DNA of 43,947 nucleotides from the sequence record PZ671982.1. One strand, given 5' to 3'. Source of the stretch: a phage. Both the position numbers and the translations under genes were made by a program. Every line of letters begins with the position of its first letter. Position 1 is the stretch's first letter. Positions 19,901 through 27,371 of the stretch are shown in pieces. The notes beneath the pieces are model-generated. The model was not told where the DNA came from and ran no database searches. It saw only the letters and a program-made list of their open reading frames with translations.

Positions 19901-20363
19901 CGCCACATATAGCCTTAAGGCTGGCGTGACGTATAACGGGACTTACTATGACGCCGGTATGCAGCTTTCGGTCGTTGCGGACGGTGGCGCGGTTAAATCC
20001 CGCATCGCGTTCAAGGCAGACCAGTTCTACATCATGCACCCGTCGAATGGGTCGCTTTCGTCCGCGTTCATTGTTGACGGGGGGCAGGTGTATATTGACA
20101 CGGCACGCATCAAGGATGCGTCAATCAACTTCGCACAGATCACGGACACGCTGCAATCAAACAACTTCGCTTCCGGGTCGCGCGGATGGCGCATCCAGAA
20201 GGGCGGCGCTGCGGAGTTTAACGAAGTAACGGTCCGCGGCAGGCTGTACGCTGATAGTGGTGATTTTGCTTTTAACGGAATAAACAACACCGTGCAAATT
20301 AACGGGAATGGGGTGACGGTTAACCTGCCTGGAGGAGGGAGGGTTGTATTAGGTACATTCTGA
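16911..20363 (+). CDS. central tail fiber / host specificity protein J-like
   Basis: 1150 aa; N-terminus GHKGGGGKQHTPQETPDSL...EGEFEG resembles gpJ-type N-termini; largest tail gene after I-like gene. Confidence 0.8.
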   Translation: MTIIYDVTGHKGGGGKQHTPQETPDSLHSLAKIRILLALGEGEFEGITDPNELRRRVYLDGTPIQNADLSENFPGARVEFRPGTQHQDVIHGFSAVESEQSVGVKLENGTPWVRQINDTSLDAVRIRVGIPALYTNEDNGDLVGGRIDYKIVVYTDNADPREFRFAAVGKTMSLYERDHRIELPPNVNTGWRVEVHRITADSTSAKVVNDIQVQSITEVIDARLRYPLTALLFVEFDAKAFQNIPRVSIKCKGRKVLIPNNYDPINHTYSGDWDGTFKRAWTDNPAWHWYDICITERFGLGRRIKPQMLNRYALYQIAQRCDQLVSDGNGGREIRFKNDMYIQSQTDAWTVLKDLAAIFAGMTWWGNQMLNIVSDQPVAAVSHTITNASVIDGRFDYASGSQKTRYSTFAVAYGNPKNHYDDAIATGQRVELVRRHKINRLDITAIGCTRESEAQRRGHWALISNQLDQQVSFKVGMEGLFFIPGSVVAIADTNISGGFETRGGRLLSDPGTRTVLNTDSEITFRPGDKFLVRTDSGNVETREIASVNGNKVTLKTALDADPIPDQPFCVDGDDIQLHKFRITDLEYDDATSTFSVRGIEYNDSKYDAVDNGARLDPGIFTQVPDGVMKGPESVTITPSQISSQGQLITNVDIVFPPVKDAVVYEIQWRRTSLQNMEIQWGNDWVNIPRTASNGAHIPNVFSGNYQARVRAIGMGEISSPWVSSEITPVEGRLGGLNAPIITNAISGLHQILWKWNHNNAATDISYTELEVRKTGETEWKFLTNVPYPGAEYAQTSLEFGIYQQLRARVADKIGNLSDWSAPFEGQVSDKVDEYMKGLDDEFLTSEDGKHFQEAINTIPQGIYESMLTDAQQLFNARAEYKGIYAEIKVAYNVAADAHKAVAQLETLIGTRLDDAEAAIHTLQTAQSTHEQAFAQYQQTVAAKFGEQEAAIQSVQTATADVAGALAEYKTQVAAQFGQQSAAIEQKMTSSFNHAGGSATYSLKAGVTYNGTYYDAGMQLSVVADGGAVKSRIAFKADQFYIMHPSNGSLSSAFIVDGGQVYIDTARIKDASINFAQITDTLQSNNFASGSRGWRIQKGGAAEFNEVTVRGRLYADSGDFAFNGINNTVQINGNGVTVNLPGGGRVVLGTF

Positions 20364-20365
20364 AA

Positions 20366-20390
20366 CTAAAGCCCCGCCAGGGGCTTTAAT
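20366..20390. terminator. bidirectional terminator (AAAGCCCC-gcca-GGGGCTTT) between convergent genes
   Basis: Perfect stem flanked by A run 5' and T run 3'. Confidence 0.55.
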
Positions 20391-21321
20391 ACATGTTGGG
20401 AAGGTACGGCAGCAGAGTTGGGATCGTAACGTCGGGTCTGTTGCCGATTTCGTACCTTACAATTCGTGAGCCAGTTCCCGACCTTACATATCCGCCGCTC
20501 ATAACCACGCCTTTGTTTCTTAGTTCCTTGTAGGCGGGTATAGCCCTTGTATTGAACCCACACCTTAGTATTGGGAAGTAGGAGTCACCAATATACTGAT
20601 TGCTACCCGACAGACTTATAAACCCAGACACAATAAGTGGTCTGGTAACTGTTGAAAGTGTACAGGCGCCTTTGTGGTTAAATATGTTTAACCCCGGCCC
20701 CGGCACGGGCGCAACCATCTGGAAAATAACCAAATCCATAGTAACACTTCCGGGTGTGTGCCCGGTATCATTTGTGTTTATGTTTGTGCATATCAACCGA
20801 TTAACACCGTCGTACTCAACTGAAACACCAGAATTATCCCACCTGCCGAACGGTATGCCGTATATTGGAAGGGTGTAACTATCATGGAATGATATAGTTT
20901 GAGCAAATTTGCAGACAAGCAACCTGTCAGTTGTGGTTATCGATGTGAAATCCGTGCTGTCGGCAACGTAAAGCCCCTGCCCTGTCGATGACCTAAGAAC
21001 CTCAACTACAGTCCCTGAAAACTGCGTTACGCGGTCTGGATAGCCGTTCTCATAGCCAATAGATATTGTTCCGCTGGATTCTGTTGAAGAAAAGCCCTTT
21101 ATATAATAAACCTCAACACCACGATCTAGTTCGAAGGAGTATGCGCCATTGTTCGGCAGAAGAAACCTTGAAGCCCCTTCATTACCTTGAATAGGGAATG
21201 ACTTGCTAAACCCGCCACTTGAAACATTGAAGTTCCCCGCAAAATTCAAGGCACGCATACCCGCGGTGATTGTCATCGGGTTGCGTCCGTCATTAAGATC
21301 AATGTAGATACCTTGTGCCAT
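20386..21321 (-). CDS. hypothetical 311-aa Gly/Ser/Thr/Asn-rich protein; candidate receptor-binding protein
   Basis: Long uninterrupted - strand ORF in AT-richer DNA, ATG 21321 overlapping upstream lipoprotein stop (TAATG); no signal peptide; beta-rich composition. Confidence 0.5.
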   Translation of the reverse strand: MAQGIYIDLNDGRNPMTITAGMRALNFAGNFNVSSGGFSKSFPIQGNEGASRFLLPNNGAYSFELDRGVEVYYIKGFSSTESSGTISIGYENGYPDRVTQFSGTVVEVLRSSTGQGLYVADSTDFTSITTTDRLLVCKFAQTISFHDSYTLPIYGIPFGRWDNSGVSVEYDGVNRLICTNINTNDTGHTPGSVTMDLVIFQMVAPVPGPGLNIFNHKGACTLSTVTRPLIVSGFISLSGSNQYIGDSYFPILRCGFNTRAIPAYKELRNKGVVMSGGYVRSGTGSRIVRYEIGNRPDVTIPTLLPYLPNMY

Positions 21322-21551
21322 TAGTTCCACTCCCGAGAGCCATAATCACGAACTGAGCCACCATGCCCTTTAATTCCGTCATAACGAATATCAACTTCAC
21401 CCGCCGGAACAACTACACCGCCTTTCCATTTAGCTACACATACGCCGCTTGCTTGTGTCGCGCACCAACCATCCGGACGCGGGCCAGAAGAGCAACCAAC
21501 AGCCACACCCACAACCACGGCAATGATTGCAGATTTGATTAAAGTTTTCAT
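21321..21551 (-). CDS. small lipoprotein (76 aa), candidate Llp/Cor-type superinfection-exclusion protein
   Basis: ATG 21551 with RBS GGAG; signal peptide with lipobox VAVGC; Cys-containing mature part. Confidence 0.6.
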   Translation of the reverse strand: MKTLIKSAIIAVVVGVAVGCSSGPRPDGWCATQASGVCVAKWKGGVVVPAGEVDIRYDGIKGHGGSVRDYGSREWN

Positions 21552-21582
21552 GGTATCATCTCCAATATTTGGTCGAGTTTTA

Positions 21583-21610
21583 GTATTACACCGCTCGATC
21601 AAGAATGCAA
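21583..21610 (-). promoter_or_regulatory. sigma70-like promoter (TTGCAT-16-TAATAC) for lipoprotein operon
   Basis: Hexamers read on - strand; -35 is part of ATTGGTTGCAT motif. Confidence 0.4.
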
Positions 21611-21631
21611 CCAATTTATGAGGATTTAGCT

Positions 21632-23437
21632 ATGGCAGCGGGCACACTATCCGTAACGAATAACAGCAAGGCGGTTGTAGGGGTCGGCACAACGTTTACC
21701 TCGTTTAACGCCGGCGACTTCTTAACGCTGGTGGTAGGACAAGTCCCCTACACCGTAGCAATCGCATCTATCGAAAGCGACACGGCGCTTACTCTGGTGT
21801 TACCGTTCGACGGCCCAACGGCAACCGGCCTAGCGTGGGATGGCGTTAAGCGCGATACCATGTCACTGGCAACGATGGGCGTTACCGTACAGGCACAGAA
21901 AGCATTGCGCTTGATGATTGCAGATGAAAACAACTGGCGTGCGATCTTCGGCGACGCTGAAGAAATTACCGTGACGTTACCTAACGGGCAAGTCATGCAG
22001 GGTATGTCATGGGGCTACCTGTCGGAATTGCTTAAGAACGTAGATCCGGTTGAGATGCGCGACCTCGCAGCGCAAGCCGAAGCGTCAAAATCGGCAGCGC
22101 AAGGATTTCGTAATGAGGCCGAAGGCTTCAAGAACGATACGCAGGCCGTCAAAGACCAGACCAACCAGATTAAGGCGGATACGCAGGCCGTCAAAGACCA
22201 GACCAACCAGATTAAGGCGGATACGCAGGCTATCAAAGACCAGACGAACCAGATTAAGGCGGATACGCAGGCTATCAAAGACCAGACGAACCAGATCAAG
22301 ACTGACACCGGCGTTATGAGGGACGAGGCCAACACCGCGAAGACTGACGCGCAAGCTGCCAGCACTGCCGCGCAGGGATTCCGCGATCAGGCCGAGGAGT
22401 GGGCGCAAAGCGTTAACGCGGATAACCTGCTAACCAAATCTGGCAACCTTGCTGGGCTTGCGGATAAAACGGCGTCGTGGGCGAACCTTATGCCCCCCGG
22501 CCCGCTTCGACTCGGAGCGGACCCCATTGCAGATCTGGATGCCGCGACTAAACGCTGGGCGTTGGCCTTATTAAACTATGGCACCGCGATTGATAGATGG
22601 ACGGTACTCTCCGAAGTCGCCACCAAACCCGCTGACGGCAGTGTCGTTGAAGGCGGATCACTCTACTCACGTTATGCCGTTAATGGAATTGCGGAAGCGG
22701 ACATGGCCTTGCGTATCAGAGCGGTGATCGGGGAGGAATACCACGCGCGTCTGGGTGTGTACAACCAAACAAACGGCCGCACCGCCAATTACGACTTTAA
22801 TGATCGAGGCACTTTCTCCGCGCAAAGCCTGCGTTCTTTGGGTCAAATTGACTCCGATGGTGGTATTACTATCCAGAACCAGGGATGGCCCGGCATAACC
22901 TTTAAATCGAATAGGTATGCATCGCCGGACACGCAGGTTGGCGCAATGACATTAATGGAAGCAACGGGGGTAGATGGGGACATCTCTACTGTCAGCCTTA
23001 TCAGGCGGCGTGGGGATGGCAGCAGCACGGGGCAAATCATTGTAACATTCCCAACCACGGCAGGGGTTATCGCGCTGCAAGGTACGTCGGGTCGCGAGTA
23101 TAAGAAAGATATCACCGATGCTGACGCAAGCGAAGCTATGGACCGCATTAACCGCCAGCGCCTTGTTACCTTCGTGTACAAGGACGACGAGCAGCAGCGC
23201 GTGCGCTTCGGTGTTATCGCAGAGGAAGCGGAGTTAATCGCGCCGCAATATATCAAGCACATCGAAGTACCCGTCGAGGATATCCTCGACGAAGACGGCA
23301 ACAAGATCGGGGAGAAAACGGTAGACCGACCGTCCGTAGACGTTAACCCGATCGTGATGGACTTGATGGGGTGTATTCAATATCTCAATAAGCAGGTGGA
23401 GGAATTGAAGGCCGAGATCGAGGCGATGAAGAAATAA
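21632..23437 (+). CDS. lateral (L-shaped-type) tail fiber with C-terminal intramolecular chaperone-like domain
   Basis: Start ATG 21632 (RBS GAGGA); four 14-aa tandem repeats; C-terminal ~110 aa resembles autoproteolytic chaperone domains of phage fibers. Confidence 0.65.
   Translation: MAAGTLSVTNNSKAVVGVGTTFTSFNAGDFLTLVVGQVPYTVAIASIESDTALTLVLPFDGPTATGLAWDGVKRDTMSLATMGVTVQAQKALRLMIADENNWRAIFGDAEEITVTLPNGQVMQGMSWGYLSELLKNVDPVEMRDLAAQAEASKSAAQGFRNEAEGFKNDTQAVKDQTNQIKADTQAVKDQTNQIKADTQAIKDQTNQIKADTQAIKDQTNQIKTDTGVMRDEANTAKTDAQAASTAAQGFRDQAEEWAQSVNADNLLTKSGNLAGLADKTASWANLMPPGPLRLGADPIADLDAATKRWALALLNYGTAIDRWTVLSEVATKPADGSVVEGGSLYSRYAVNGIAEADMALRIRAVIGEEYHARLGVYNQTNGRTANYDFNDRGTFSAQSLRSLGQIDSDGGITIQNQGWPGITFKSNRYASPDTQVGAMTLMEATGVDGDISTVSLIRRRGDGSSTGQIIVTFPTTAGVIALQGTSGREYKKDITDADASEAMDRINRQRLVTFVYKDDEQQRVRFGVIAEEAELIAPQYIKHIEVPVEDILDEDGNKIGEKTVDRPSVDVNPIVMDLMGCIQYLNKQVEELKAEIEAMKK
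22136..22303 (+). repeat. 4 tandem copies of a 42-bp unit inside tail fiber gene
   Basis: Near-identical units starting 22136, 22178, 22220, 22262 encoding DTQA(V/I)KDQTNQIKA. Confidence 0.85.
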
Positions 23438-23440
23438 ATA

Positions 23441-23466
23441 AAAGGGGCCGTATGGCCCCTTTTTTA
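23441..23466. terminator. bidirectional terminator (GGGGCC-gtat-GGCCCC, A run 5', T run 3')
   Basis: Between convergent fiber gene and last early gene. Confidence 0.6.
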
Positions 23467-24039
23467 GTTTGAGTTTTCCCAATCCATTTTGCGCCGCACC
23501 AGCGGGCTTTCGTAATATTCCTTCCCATCCACTTCCACTAAAGGCCAGTCGTTCACTATAACGTATGGCTCCGCGATATCCTCAATCACGCCGTGCGCGC
23601 TATGTTGTCCGAAATCTACGCCCACCAGGATAACCCCGGCAACGCGACGGGTGAGGTATTCGCGAGCGCAACGGGCCTCGACCAGTCCGCGACGGATGCC
23701 GCTGGTAGCTTTTACCTCGTAGGCCCAGACGGCATCAATCATATGTTCTCGGAAGTCGGGGCCGGACTTAACCTTGCGTTTACCGACCATGATAATATCT
23801 CCGCGGTCGATAGTGTTAGCGCTAAACAGGCCGGTACGCATTAGCAAACCTTGCGGGATACAGCTACGCCCGCCTGCCTGCCCTTCGAGGTACATGCCAG
23901 CAAACATTTCGCCTAGCACACCTACGAGTCTGCTTTGCTTGCACGCGTCAGACTTGTATCGCCACTGGTCAAACTCGATGCTTGCTATCATTGCCGCCAG
24001 GTGGAATTGTTTACCGGTTATTTCGTATTCGCCGTACAT
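23464..24039 (-). CDS. hypothetical protein, possible PD-(D/E)xK-type nuclease fold
   Basis: 191 aa, RBS GAGGA; motif GDIIMVG...IDAVWAYEVK suggests D...ExK core (weak). Confidence 0.45.
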   Translation of the reverse strand: MYGEYEITGKQFHLAAMIASIEFDQWRYKSDACKQSRLVGVLGEMFAGMYLEGQAGGRSCIPQGLLMRTGLFSANTIDRGDIIMVGKRKVKSGPDFREHMIDAVWAYEVKATSGIRRGLVEARCAREYLTRRVAGVILVGVDFGQHSAHGVIEDIAEPYVIVNDWPLVEVDGKEYYESPLVRRKMDWENSN

Positions 24040-24081
24040 CGTGTGGTCCTCATTGATGCGGGCCGAAGCCCGCGATTAGAA

Positions 24082-24591
24082 TTATTTAAGTGCGCCAGTC
24101 ACCAGTGTTTTTTCCATGTTACGGAAATCTTCCTGCGTCATGCAGATTTTCGATCCGTCTTCGCCAGTGAGCACGACCATAGGCTGGACGTCCTGATCTA
24201 CGATGCCAAAATTAGCGGCTGTAACCGTTTTACCGGGGGTAAATGCGCCGCCTGTTTTGACGGGCCAACCTTTGAGGCTATCGAATTGTGCTGCCGTTGT
24301 ATCGATCTGAATCTCGTCATGCCCGGTCATGTAAGACTCGCCCAGCAGGGCGGCATACGCCACCAGATCCACGATGTTATCTTCCTGGTGCTTACGGTGC
24401 TGGCGCACCAGCTTCAGGCAGATCAGGAAGGTCCAGGCTTCTTGCTCGGTAAGGTCGCGACCGGTAAGCGCGTTAAACACGGCAGCAATTTGTTTAGCGC
24501 TGCGTTCTTCTTTCGCGTTGTCATAGCCGTTTTCTTTCCCGCGCTGTTCCATAGTGGTGGCGGCGTTTTTGCAGTATTCGAATGCTTTCAC
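24082..24591 (-). CDS. hypothetical protein
   Basis: ORF extends to 24669 but that N-terminus is built from the TTGGTTGCA promoter palindrome; more likely start GTG 24591 (RBS AAGGG) or ATG 24552. Confidence 0.45.
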   Translation of the reverse strand: MKAFEYCKNAATTMEQRGKENGYDNAKEERSAKQIAAVFNALTGRDLTEQEAWTFLICLKLVRQHRKHQEDNIVDLVAYAALLGESYMTGHDEIQIDTTAAQFDSLKGWPVKTGGAFTPGKTVTAANFGIVDQDVQPMVVLTGEDGSKICMTQEDFRNMEKTLVTGALK

Positions 24592-24639
24592 AGTATTACC
24601 CTTTTTTAGCGAGGGGGCGGTATTGCCCCCGACACGTTT

Positions 24640-24669
24640 ACTATAGTGCAACCAACCTATTGGTTGCAA
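24640..24669 (-). promoter_or_regulatory. sigma70-like promoter (TTGCAA-18-TATAGT) inside a perfect TGCAACCAA/TTGGTTGCA palindrome
   Basis: Read on - strand; followed by 5' UTR hairpin GGGGGC-ggtatt-GCCCCC (24611..24634). Confidence 0.35.
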
Positions 24670-25127
24670 GTGAATTTTGCAACGTTTATCGCGTAAATTT
24701 TCGGGACCAAATCACCACACGCCCGGCGAATTGCCGCGATGTTCTTCTCGCAATCTTCAATGATGACCAGTTCCGACACGTCCGCATAGCAGACCATTTT
24801 GAACACGGCGCACGCCTTAAACTCTGGCGGCGGGGTGTCGTCCAGCATGTGGCGCATGAATAACCGACCTACGGGGAAGACTTCCAGTTGTTCGGCGGTG
24901 GTGCCCCAACATTCTCGCTGCCGGTTGGTTAGATACGCGATCTCGAAGCCTTGCTCTTTATACATGCGCAGTAGCGGCAGCATATCCATGTTAAGGTCTT
25001 CGCGGACGTGCGCCTTGTGCCACTTCGCCCAGAAGGTGGATTTAGTTTTTATACCCGGCACCAGGTCGGCACGCGCATCGCTTGAACCATTAATAACGCC
25101 ATCCAAATCGCAAATCAGTAATTTCAT
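24657..25127 (-). CDS. HAD-superfamily phosphatase-like protein
   Basis: N-terminal LICDLDGV (DxDG[TV] motif I), RBS GAGGA. Confidence 0.55.
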   Translation of the reverse strand: MKLLICDLDGVINGSSDARADLVPGIKTKSTFWAKWHKAHVREDLNMDMLPLLRMYKEQGFEIAYLTNRQRECWGTTAEQLEVFPVGRLFMRHMLDDTPPPEFKACAVFKMVCYADVSELVIIEDCEKNIAAIRRACGDLVPKIYAINVAKFTCNQ

Positions 25128-25348
25128 TTCAATTCCTCAATCAAATTTTCACGAACAATACGGGCGGAAAACGTGTCACACACAAGATGGCATTTGGCAG
25201 CCATTACAAGCCCGCCAGTAAGGTCCATGCCAAGCAATTGCTCCGGGCGGCTGCAACGCCGCACTTTGTTCTCCCTCGGGTTAATTTGGTAGCGTTTAAC
25301 AATTTCGTCCACGACGCGCGGACTGCGATCAACGATTAAGATATTCAT
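25124..25348 (-). CDS. hypothetical protein (74 aa)
   Basis: ORF with ATG 25348; overlaps neighbours in operon fashion. Confidence 0.4.
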   Translation of the reverse strand: MNILIVDRSPRVVDEIVKRYQINPRENKVRRCSRPEQLLGMDLTGGLVMAAKCHLVCDTFSARIVRENLIEELK

Positions 25349-25814
25349 GTAGCTCACTCTCGCTCATTATTTCAATTTGTGCGCTGCCGGTGGGTGGCGC
25401 TTCGTCAAAGATTATCAATTGCTGGCACTTGTTATTGCTCGGCCCGACTTCACCGGTCACAGCATGTATAAATCGGATACGCCAGTCCAGAAGAATTATC
25501 AGGTTTGCAGTCTTCCGGGCCAGCTTCGCCCACTTCGTCGACGTGTCCTGATTCAGTAGCATGACGGTCCGGCGTCCGTGCGCTGCGCACTCGACCCACG
25601 GCAGCGGATCGGAATACGGCGGGTTGCACCACTTCCACCCTTCCAACTCTGACCAGTCCGCATCGAGCGCGCTGTGCTCCGCCGTGAAGTAACGCGGTAG
25701 CAGGTGGTTGGCATCGCTCGCCGCCATGTCATAACGGAATCGGTACTTCCGGCGCAGCGGTTTAAATAAAGCTGGCGGCGTGCGCCAGCTATCTTTTTGC
25801 TCATTCTTCTGCAT
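25329..25814 (-). CDS. DNA N6-adenine methyltransferase (phage Dam-type)
   Basis: 161 aa with WRTPPALF, DMAASDANH and catalytic NPPY motifs characteristic of small phage Dam enzymes. Confidence 0.75.
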   Translation of the reverse strand: MQKNEQKDSWRTPPALFKPLRRKYRFRYDMAASDANHLLPRYFTAEHSALDADWSELEGWKWCNPPYSDPLPWVECAAHGRRTVMLLNQDTSTKWAKLARKTANLIILLDWRIRFIHAVTGEVGPSNNKCQQLIIFDEAPPTGSAQIEIMSESELHEYLNR

Positions 25815-26259
25815 GATCTGGATCTATCGCGTACAGGGCAATTTTCTTATTACTGTTTAGAACGCGTTGCACGCGCTTTAATTCCTCGGTGCCGAGCGGT
25901 CGGCAGTCGGAGTAGTAAGACCCGTTCCCCCGCCACGCAACCAGCACCAGGTCTTTCCGGTCAATCTTAGACTGGCGGCCCTTCGGACGCACGTACTCCT
26001 CGGCCCGTTTGCAATGCTCACGCAGACCATCGGCAGTGATGCGGTTTAGTGCAACGCTGGTGGTGTATCCGGTGCGCTGCATAATCCCCATCAATTCGAA
26101 AAGCAGTTCGAAGCGCTCCTCTAGCTCCTGGCGCACTTTCTTCTCGCCCTCATATAGCGCCTGGTTGGTGTCCGCCAACGCGTTCGCACGTTCGGCTTGT
26201 TCGCGGGCTTCGAGGCATTGCGCGGCCCAGTAATTTTTCTCTTCTTGTAAAATTTTCAT
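25801..26259 (-). CDS. hypothetical protein with N-terminal coiled coil
   Basis: 152 aa, RBS GGAGA; strong promoter directly upstream. Confidence 0.5.
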   Translation of the reverse strand: MKILQEEKNYWAAQCLEAREQAERANALADTNQALYEGEKKVRQELEERFELLFELMGIMQRTGYTTSVALNRITADGLREHCKRAEEYVRPKGRQSKIDRKDLVLVAWRGNGSYYSDCRPLGTEELKRVQRVLNSNKKIALYAIDPDHAEE

Positions 26260-26306
26260 CGTGTTGTCTCCGGGTATTAAAAAGGGCGTCCAAACCGGAC
26301 ACCCTC

Positions 26307-26335
26307 AATATAATGCAACCAATATGATTATGCAA
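26307..26335 (-). promoter_or_regulatory. sigma70-like promoter (TTGCAT-17-TATATT) built from tandem ATTGGTTGCAT motifs
   Basis: Read on - strand, about 40 nt upstream of ATG 26259. Confidence 0.5.
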
Positions 26336-26340
26336 CCAAT

Positions 26341-26664
26341 TTACGAATAAAAATTTGGGTCGCGTGCAACGTCTACCAGATACAGGTTACTAATGCGGTT
26401 GCCGTAATGGCCTGGCGTGCGCTGACGGCACACAACGGCATAGCCTGGAGGGATTGTATTGCCAGTCTCAATAATCCACGCCACGCGTGCGCCAGACAGC
26501 GTCTTGCCGTTGCATTCGATACGAGTACCGCCATCGGCAGTATTGAGGTTGCCAATCTTGCAGCCGGTGGACTTTAGGCGGATAACGCCTGTTTTGCTGT
26601 CGTAGGAAAAAAGCTGATTGGTCATTGCCACTGAAAAATCGATGGCTTCGAATGTAGTGTTCAT
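26341..26664 (-). CDS. HNH_3/NUMOD4-like small protein (degenerate HNH endonuclease-like)
   Basis: 107 aa; pattern YDSKTG...IPPGYAV...GNRISNLYLV resembles N-terminal and DNR..NL parts of HNH_3 proteins but canonical His residues not evident. Confidence 0.35.
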   Translation of the reverse strand: MNTTFEAIDFSVAMTNQLFSYDSKTGVIRLKSTGCKIGNLNTADGGTRIECNGKTLSGARVAWIIETGNTIPPGYAVVCRQRTPGHYGNRISNLYLVDVARDPNFYS

Positions 26665-27371
26665 TCTAAATTTTCCTCGTTAACCGCTATCGCGAAGCCG
26701 CGCGGGGTGAGCGACCTGATTAATTTGGTGCGGGCAGATTTGCCTCCGAGGCGACTATACTGCTTCGAGTAACCTTTTTCAACGAAAACAGGTTTCTTCT
26801 CGGGCATACGGAAGCCGTTTCCAGTCCATAAGCAGGTCAGCTTCGGATATGAATCGCGGGCGTTGATGTATTCAGGGAAGAGCGGGTGTACGTCATCCTC
26901 TGGCAGATATCCGCCATACTCCCACGGGTCAAACGAGTGGTCCGGCTTACGCCACTGGGTGGAAAGCACGCTGCGCGGATTCTCAATCATATATGGCACT
27001 TCGAAGAAATCACCCAGGTAAGCTGCGATCTTCGCGGTGCGCACCGCCTTAAGCTGGAAGGCTGGGTCGCGGGCGCGTTTGCGCGGGAAAGCTGGCGCAC
27101 CGCTAACCGCCAGATCCGTACACGGCGGGAATGCGTAAATGATATCCGGCGTGCCGAAATCGCCATTCATCGCGCGATCCACGAAGTCCAGGTCTATAAA
27201 CTCATTACGATAGCGAATGCCGCGACCATAGATCCGGTAGTCCAGGTAAGACCCGTGATCGGCTTCGGAGTAGTTGAAGCAATAACACTTATGCCCCATC
27301 TCGGCAGCACGCTCAATCATCAAGCCGCTGCCGTCAAACAATGACCAGATTGTCATTTTAGCAATAGTCAT
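26661..27371 (-). CDS. DNA (cytosine-5)-methyltransferase-like protein (compact)
   Basis: Motif I-like SLFDGSG, motif IV-like FPPC, motif VI-like IENP; only 236 aa, so target-recognition region is short or absent. Confidence 0.5.
   Translation of the reverse strand: MTIAKMTIWSLFDGSGLMIERAAEMGHKCYCFNYSEADHGSYLDYRIYGRGIRYRNEFIDLDFVDRAMNGDFGTPDIIYAFPPCTDLAVSGAPAFPRKRARDPAFQLKAVRTAKIAAYLGDFFEVPYMIENPRSVLSTQWRKPDHSFDPWEYGGYLPEDDVHPLFPEYINARDSYPKLTCLWTGNGFRMPEKKPVFVEKGYSKQYSRLGGKSARTKLIRSLTPRGFAIAVNEENLE

Noticed and set aside
20600-20878. 92-aa + strand ORF inside the 311-aa - strand gene region
   Set aside because: Shorter than and fully contained in the opposite-strand ORF, which has start coupling and promoter context.
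22015-22408. Three overlapping ORFs (22015..22365 -, 22050..22319 +, 22085..22408 -) with highly repetitive translations
   Set aside because: Artifacts of the 42-bp tandem repeats in the tail fiber gene; the repeat keeps alternative frames open.
24053-24078. GC hairpin GCGGGC-cgaa-GCCCGC between two - strand genes as a terminator
   Set aside because: No T run on either strand; kept only as a possible RNA-processing or stability hairpin.
24592-24669. N-terminal extension of ORF 24082..24669 (MQPIGWLHYSKRVGG...)
   Set aside because: This segment is translated from the TTGGTTGCA palindrome and a GC hairpin, which are regulatory elements; a downstream start with an RBS is more plausible.
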